DNA of 64,000 nucleotides, taken from positions 142,396 to 206,395 of the forward strand of contig JAGSHN010000005.1 in NCBI GenBank assembly GCA_029855935.1, in the 5' to 3' direction. Both the position numbers and the translations under genes were made by a program. Source of the DNA: Candidatus Thorarchaeota archaeon (GTDB lineage: Archaea > Asgardarchaeota > Thorarchaeia > Thorarchaeales > Thorarchaeaceae). Below are positions 59,144-64,000 of the stretch, piece after piece. Under the pieces are notes generated by a model that searched no databases, was not told where the DNA came from, and worked only from the letters and a program-made list of their open reading frames with translations. The number at the start of each line of letters is the position of its first letter. Within the stretch, counting starts at the first letter, position 1.

Positions 59144-60175
59144 CTACCCCTCAAACATACTACGCATCTTATCTTCATTCGGGGCCTCAATCACGCCCCG
59201 GTCCGTTATTATGGCTGTCACAAGCTCAGGGGGTGTGATGTCGAAGGCGGGATTGTAGACCTTGGCTGTCGGCACTGTGATGTACTGGTTATTGATAATC
59301 CTCACTTCATCGGGGGACCGTTCCTCAATGACAACATCCTCAACATCTGTCACCATATCAATGGTCGAAGTTGGCGCGGCCACATAGAACGGAATATTGT
59401 GATGGTGGGCTGTAATTGCCATCGTGTATGTCCCAATCTTGTTGATGACATGGCCAGTTCGAAGTATCCTGTCAGCGCCAACAACACAGCAGTCGATTCG
59501 GCCCTGGTGGAACACCGTGCCAATCATTCCATCAGTTATCAATGTCGTATCTATCCCATCCTCCATGAACTCGAACACTGTCAGCCTTGCGCCTTGCTGA
59601 CGGGGGCGGGTTTCAGCAGCGTATACCTTGATGTCACCATATCGCTCTTGCGCGACGCGGACCACTGCTCCTACCGTTCCAAGATGCACTGTCGCCAATG
59701 AGCCAGCATTACATATAGTCTGAATCGTGAAACCAGGCCTAATGAATTGTAACGCGTTCTCACCAATTTGACGACACATCCGAACGTCCTCTTCTGCAAT
59801 CTCCTTAGCCTCTTCAATCAGCCGCTGGACGATTGACTGAACACTGCCTTCAGTGTTTCTCGCGACACGGAGCATGCGGGAAGTAGCCCATGTCAGGTTG
59901 ACAGCTGTCGGGCGAGTGTTCAAAGTGCGAGCCGCGGTTTCGAGATCGGCAAGAAGGCGCTCTTTGGTGGACGCCTCACTCTCTATTGCAGCAAGAGCCA
60001 TTCCCATAGCCGCAGCTGCACCAATTGCAGGGGCGCCTCGAATCTCCATCACCTTGATTGCCTGAGCAATCCGTTTGTGACTTGATGTTTCGATAAACTC
60101 GACTGCAAGGGGAAGCTTCGTCTGGTCAACGAGCTTGACCGTGTTGTTCTCTTGCCATTCAATTGTGCGGAACAT
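59144..60175 (-). CDS. mtnA: Methylthioribose-1-phosphate isomerase / aIF-2B family
   Basis: DQTKLP, IRGAPAIG, RPTAVNL, CNAGSLAT, ETRP.QQG.RLT, NKIGT, NPAFDITP. Confidence 0.9.
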   Translation of the reverse strand: MFRTIEWQENNTVKLVDQTKLPLAVEFIETSSHKRIAQAIKVMEIRGAPAIGAAAAMGMALAAIESEASTKERLLADLETAARTLNTRPTAVNLTWATSRMLRVARNTEGSVQSIVQRLIEEAKEIAEEDVRMCRQIGENALQFIRPGFTIQTICNAGSLATVHLGTVGAVVRVAQERYGDIKVYAAETRPRQQGARLTVFEFMEDGIDTTLITDGMIGTVFHQGRIDCCVVGADRILRTGHVINKIGTYTMAITAHHHNIPFYVAAPTSTIDMVTDVEDVVIEERSPDEVRIINNQYITVPTAKVYNPAFDITPPELVTAIITDRGVIEAPNEDKMRSMFEG

Positions 60176-60677
60176 CGGACTGACCTCGCAGATGCAATTC
60201 TATGACCTGCTTGAGGATGCTAATAATCTTCCGAGCTGTTTCCTCAATCACGGGAGTTAGGCCTTCACCAAAGTCGATATCTTGCGGTTGCACTCCCAGT
60301 AAGATAGTCTGGGCACCAGTTTCCTGCTCGAGATACATCATCAAGAAGGACAGGGGGAGATGATGAGTGCTAATCGCAATCCCACCAATCCGGTCCTTGG
60401 TTATGAGATCAACCGCTCCCGGGGACCTGCGCATATCTGCGGCATCAATGAGAATGACCCTCTGCGCCCCAAACTCGGCAATGGGCCGAGCAAATGCCTC
60501 AGGAACAGAGCCAACATTTTCAATCATCAAATTCGAATCATTGATGGAGAGAGAACGGACTATATACGGACCAAGACCATCATCTCTTCTCAGGTCGTTC
60601 CCAATGCCCAAGATGGCAATCCGCTGAGCGCCTCGGAGGAACTCGCGGAGCTTCCCAGCTAGAACATCTACATCCAT
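60159..60677 (-). CDS. hycI: Hydrogenase maturation endopeptidase HycI-like
   Basis: GIGNDLRRDDGLG, VPE, IDAAD, STHHLPL, GVQP. Confidence 0.88.
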   Translation of the reverse strand: MDVDVLAGKLREFLRGAQRIAILGIGNDLRRDDGLGPYIVRSLSINDSNLMIENVGSVPEAFARPIAEFGAQRVILIDAADMRRSPGAVDLITKDRIGGIAISTHHLPLSFLMMYLEQETGAQTILLGVQPQDIDFGEGLTPVIEETARKIISILKQVIELHLRGQSDVPHN

Positions 60678-60802
60678 AACAGGACTCGATGCGCGAGTAA
60701 GTCGGCTATAGTTCTTTTGAAATGACTGTCCACTACGAAGGGTTTTTCACACTTTGATATCGAGTTGGGCAAGAGCACTTGGATGTGAGATGTGACCACC
60801 CG

Positions 60803-61414
60803 ATGAGCGATGATGGGGACGGACCGTCCAATAGGGCAGATAGCATATCCGAAACCGATGAAGTGACCGTAGCGCCAGTTGATGTCAGACTGATTGGAAA
60901 CAAGGCGTATGCCGAGAGAGAGAATGCCGAGAAGATATCGCAAGGGGGACTATATGGCACACTGCTCGAAGATGGACGACTGGAGATAGACCTAGTTGAG
61001 TTATTGCTGCTGATGGAGAGAGGAAGAGTACATGTATATGACGAGAGGGGATCCCAATTAGAAACGAGGGATATTGTGCAGCGGGGCTATTCGAACAATC
61101 CTAGTCTATGGATTCACTATCTCGTCTATCGGGATCTCCGTAGCAGAGGATACGCGGTGCGTCAGGGACTAGGGGGACGAATTGGATTTCGGGTCTATGC
61201 ACGGGGAGAAAGGCCAAGGACAGCAAGTGCAAATCAGCTGGTGTACGTCTTGAGGGACGGTGAGCCAATATCTCTTCAGGATCTTGACTCTGTGACTCGA
61301 ATCGCATCAGAATCGCGAAAGAAGCTAGTCTTTGCGCTCATTGACCAGAATGGAGAGGTGAACTACTACAGGGTGGCACAGATAGAGTTGATGAACAAGG
61401 AGAGCGCGTCATAA
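60803..61414 (+). CDS. endA: tRNA-splicing endonuclease subunit, probably the structural (beta) subunit
   Basis: YG..LE.DLVE, YLVYRDLRSRGY, FRVY.RG, RKKLVFALID..G.V.YY; catalytic His and KYG motif absent. Confidence 0.85.
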   Translation: MSDDGDGPSNRADSISETDEVTVAPVDVRLIGNKAYAERENAEKISQGGLYGTLLEDGRLEIDLVELLLLMERGRVHVYDERGSQLETRDIVQRGYSNNPSLWIHYLVYRDLRSRGYAVRQGLGGRIGFRVYARGERPRTASANQLVYVLRDGEPISLQDLDSVTRIASESRKKLVFALIDQNGEVNYYRVAQIELMNKESAS

Positions 61415-62673
61415 TGGCAGATTGGTATGATGAAGAGATCGAGCTGCTTGAGTCGTATTTTGACGAACACACTATGAGTGTTCATCTAATTGAGAACACG
61501 CCCCCACGTGCCAAAAGAGGCTCGCCGGGAGACTGGACTCTGGTTGATCTATCGGATGAGATTCTGTCCTATGAGGATCTCGACGCAATGGCCAATGCGA
61601 TAATGGAGAGCGCAAGGAATGACAGATTCTCGTTTATAGAGATACAGGAGGAGGGAGCAGTAGTCGTTCAGCTGCGGAACCTCAGGATAGCAATTGCTTC
61701 ACCACCGTTCGCCGATAAATATGAGATATCCGCCATTAGACCCATCACAAAGCTCTCGATGGAGGACTATGATTTGAGCCCTAAGCTGATGAAACGGCTT
61801 GAAACAAGAGCAGAGGGAATTCTGGTATCTGGTGCTCCCGGCTCAGGCAAGAGCACGTTCGCGGCAGCGCTTGCCGAGTTCTACAGTCAGCAGGGCAATG
61901 TTGTCAAGACACTGGAACAGCCAAGAGACCTCCAAGTGAGTGAAGACATAGTCCAGTATTCACCGCTCGACGGGAGTATGGAAAAGGCAGCGGATGTACT
62001 ACTCCTAGTACGACCAGATTATGTAGTCTATGATGAGCTTCGAAAAGACTCAGACTTTCAGGCCTATGCCGACCTTAGGTCTGCAGGCGTCGGCATGGTG
62101 GGTGTCGTCCATGCAGGATCCGCCATTGATGCTATCCAGCGTCTGATACATGGCGGGAGAGTGGAGCTCGGGCAGGTGCCCAGCACTGTCGATACGGTCA
62201 TCCATATAGAGGCAGGCCGAGTGGCGAAGGTGTCATCTCTCTCCTTGAAGGTGAAGCTCCCAACCGGAATGAGTAGCTCCCAGAGAGATCTTGCACGACC
62301 AGTGGTGGAGGTTCGTGACTTTGAGGAGGGGATACTCGAATACGAGATGTTCACTTTTGGCGGTGAGCGCGTTGTGATGCCAGTCAGAGGGGAGGTGACA
62401 ACGTATCGTCGGGCTGGCCGTACGCCTGTGAAACGGGGTGTGCCAGGTGAGTCCGTTCCTATCTCCGTTAGCTACTCAAAGAAGAAGGTAACAATCTATG
62501 CTGGGCGCAAATATGCTAGACAGCGCCTTGATATATACGCAGACAACACCTATCTCTTCACGACCGTGATAGGACGGAATGGGGAGAGTTCAATCAGAAT
62601 CAAGACCAAACAGGGTAAGGCCCTCGTTGACGCAATTGAGGAGGGCGCAGTGATAACTGCTAAGATAGCCTAG
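61414..62673 (+). CDS. PINA/COG1855-type ATPase lacking the PIN and KH domains
   Basis: YFDEHTMSVHL, GAPGSGKST, LE.PRDLQ, LLVRPDY..YDELR, GMVGVVHA, DLARPV. Confidence 0.85.
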   Translation: MADWYDEEIELLESYFDEHTMSVHLIENTPPRAKRGSPGDWTLVDLSDEILSYEDLDAMANAIMESARNDRFSFIEIQEEGAVVVQLRNLRIAIASPPFADKYEISAIRPITKLSMEDYDLSPKLMKRLETRAEGILVSGAPGSGKSTFAAALAEFYSQQGNVVKTLEQPRDLQVSEDIVQYSPLDGSMEKAADVLLLVRPDYVVYDELRKDSDFQAYADLRSAGVGMVGVVHAGSAIDAIQRLIHGGRVELGQVPSTVDTVIHIEAGRVAKVSSLSLKVKLPTGMSSSQRDLARPVVEVRDFEEGILEYEMFTFGGERVVMPVRGEVTTYRRAGRTPVKRGVPGESVPISVSYSKKKVTIYAGRKYARQRLDIYADNTYLFTTVIGRNGESSIRIKTKQGKALVDAIEEGAVITAKIA

Positions 62674-62722
62674 CTGTACAAAACCTTTAACAACACAGGA
62701 CAGGTTCACGAAATCAGACAGC

Positions 62723-62857
62723 GGGCCCGTGGCCTAGCCTGGACCTCTGGCGGAATCGTCGAAGGAGGTAGATAGGGCACCAGCCTCCTATCCGTCATCC
62801 CCATAGTGACGGAGAGAGAGTTGGTAATCGCCGGTTCGAATCCGGCCGGGCCCGCCA
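62723..62857 (+). tRNA. tRNA-Arg(CCT) with two introns: D-loop 19/20 (62743-62771) and canonical 37/38 (62791-62818)
   Basis: GGGCCCG/CGGGCCC; D-loop BHB GCCT/AGGT with GGA and AGA bulges; spliced D-loop AGCCTGGATA matches the Arg(TCG) D-loop; CCAGC-CTCCTA^A-GTTGG; CCA encoded. Confidence 0.9.
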
Positions 62858-62862
62858 CGCTC

Positions 62863-63567
62863 CTATTTCTCCGGTTCTGAGTTGTTCCGCCTTAGAATTC
62901 TCACACCATCATCGGTTCCAATATGAACCTCGTCACACATCCCAACGAATAGGCCGGTTTCCAGCACACCAGGAATACCCTTCAGGCGAGAGTCCATCTC
63001 CGGAGGATTTTGGATTGGCGAGGAGAATTCTAGGTCAACGATGAAGTTTCCATTATCTGTGACGACTGGCCCTAGTTTACCGGATGCCTCTCGGAGGCGA
63101 GGAGTTATCCCCATACGGCGTATGTGCTCCGTGACAAACCCTAGTGCAAATGGCAGTACCTCGATGGGTACGTCGTGACGTGTCGCAAGCCTGTCCACCA
63201 GTTTTGAGTCATCCACAATGATTACAAGCCGTCCAGCTGCCGCTGCAATCACCTTCTCTCGCAGAAGAGCAGCGCCGCCACCCTTTGTGAGATTCAGATG
63301 AGGATCGACCTCATCGGCGCCATCAATTGTCACGTGCAGAAAAGGATGGAGGTCAAGAGACGTCAGAGGAATATTGTTCTCGATTGCAAGCTGGTATGCT
63401 TGGTACGAGCTTGGTACAACAGCGATGTCATATCTGCGTGTGGCAATCAACTCGCCCAAGATTCGTGCAAAGATTGCTACTGTAGAACCACTTCCCAGAC
63501 CTACTATCCCCCTACGTGGTAGTACGGACACTGCACTCTCGGCGGAGATCCTCTTCTTCTCGGACAT
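62863..63567 (-). CDS. rpiA: Ribose-5-phosphate isomerase A
   Basis: GLGSGST, IDGADEV, KGGGAALLREK, VTDNGN. Confidence 0.96.
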   Translation of the reverse strand: MSEKKRISAESAVSVLPRRGIVGLGSGSTVAIFARILGELIATRRYDIAVVPSSYQAYQLAIENNIPLTSLDLHPFLHVTIDGADEVDPHLNLTKGGGAALLREKVIAAAAGRLVIIVDDSKLVDRLATRHDVPIEVLPFALGFVTEHIRRMGITPRLREASGKLGPVVTDNGNFIVDLEFSSPIQNPPEMDSRLKGIPGVLETGLFVGMCDEVHIGTDDGVRILRRNNSEPEK

Positions 63568-63720
63568 AGGGAACACTCCAGACGGTCACATTGACGATTG
63601 ATAGGTTTGAGGCAGGAAAGTTCAAGACTGTACTACACTGCACCTCAAGATTAGTTTATTCCCGGAACTGGTGAAGACAAGCCAGATGAAACCCAGCACC
63701 GACACGAGAGGTTGGTGGAG

Positions 63721-64000
63721 TTAGTCCCCGCTCATCAACGCCTTCAGCCGTTCCATTTCAGCGAGCATCTCCGACTGTAGAGAGCTCCGCGGTGCGGAGC
63801 CAGCCGGTCGAGCTGCACCTGCAGACGGACCTGGTGCTCCACCACCCGGAGGCCCACCACTCGGAGGTCCACCACCCGGAGGCCCACCACTCGGAGGCCC
63901 ACCACTCGGAGGTCCACCACTCGGAGGCCCACCACCCGGAGGTCCACCACCCGGAGGCCCACCACTCGGAGGCCCACCACCCGGAGGCCCACCACTCGGA
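63721..64000 (-). CDS. C-terminus of a Pro/Gly-rich protein (start beyond the window)
   Basis: Manual translation (PP[S/G]GG)n-APGPSAGAARPAGSAPRSSLQSEMLAEMERLKALMSGD*. Confidence 0.7.
   Translation of the reverse strand, partial: PSGGPPGGGPPSGGPPGGGPPGGGPPSGGPPSGGPPSGGPPGGGPPSGGPPGGGAPGPSAGAARPAGSAPRSSLQSEMLAEMERLKALMSGD
63838..64000. repeat. 15-bp coding tandem repeat (about 11 copies, continues off the window)
   Basis: Unit YCCACCACYCGGAGG, encoding PPSGG/PPGGG on the minus strand. Confidence 0.9.

Noticed and set aside
63744-63995. ORF-track VVGLR repeat protein; possible CRISPR array
   Set aside because: Alternative frame of the 15-bp repeat; the PPSGG frame gives a natural C-terminal helix. 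No spacers, so not CRISPR.

Overview
Core-genome segment of an Asgard archaeon, most consistent with Thorarchaeia; this is inferred from the eukaryote-like STT3, a DC2/OSTC homologue, an Arf-like GTPase, Elf1, PolD, and split RpoA with fused RpoB. It holds: RNAP and ribosomal-protein clusters (rearranged); EF-1A and aIF5B; PolD DP2, RPA, TopA, XPD, RadB and Lhr; lipid genes (CarS, EgsA, the four-gene archaeal mevalonate operon); folate/glycine-cleavage genes; the SRP RNA; and seven tRNAs. No mobile element or CRISPR array is evident. The most notable observations are: (1) candidate parts of a multi-subunit, eukaryote-like oligosaccharyltransferase: STT3, a DC2/OSTC-like protein, a 38-aa OST4-like microprotein missed by the ORF track, and a WBP1/GIFT-like type I membrane protein; (2) six BHB introns in five tRNAs, five of them at non-canonical D- or T-loop positions, near a His-less EndA structural subunit coupled to a PIN/KH-less PINA ATPase; (3) a FolP whose accessory domain sits at the C-terminus; (4) a K-turn in the L7Ae leader; (5) an SRP RNA with a URRC loop; (6) a polyproline-repeat protein at the right edge. 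All family assignments come from motif recognition and memory; no database search was run.
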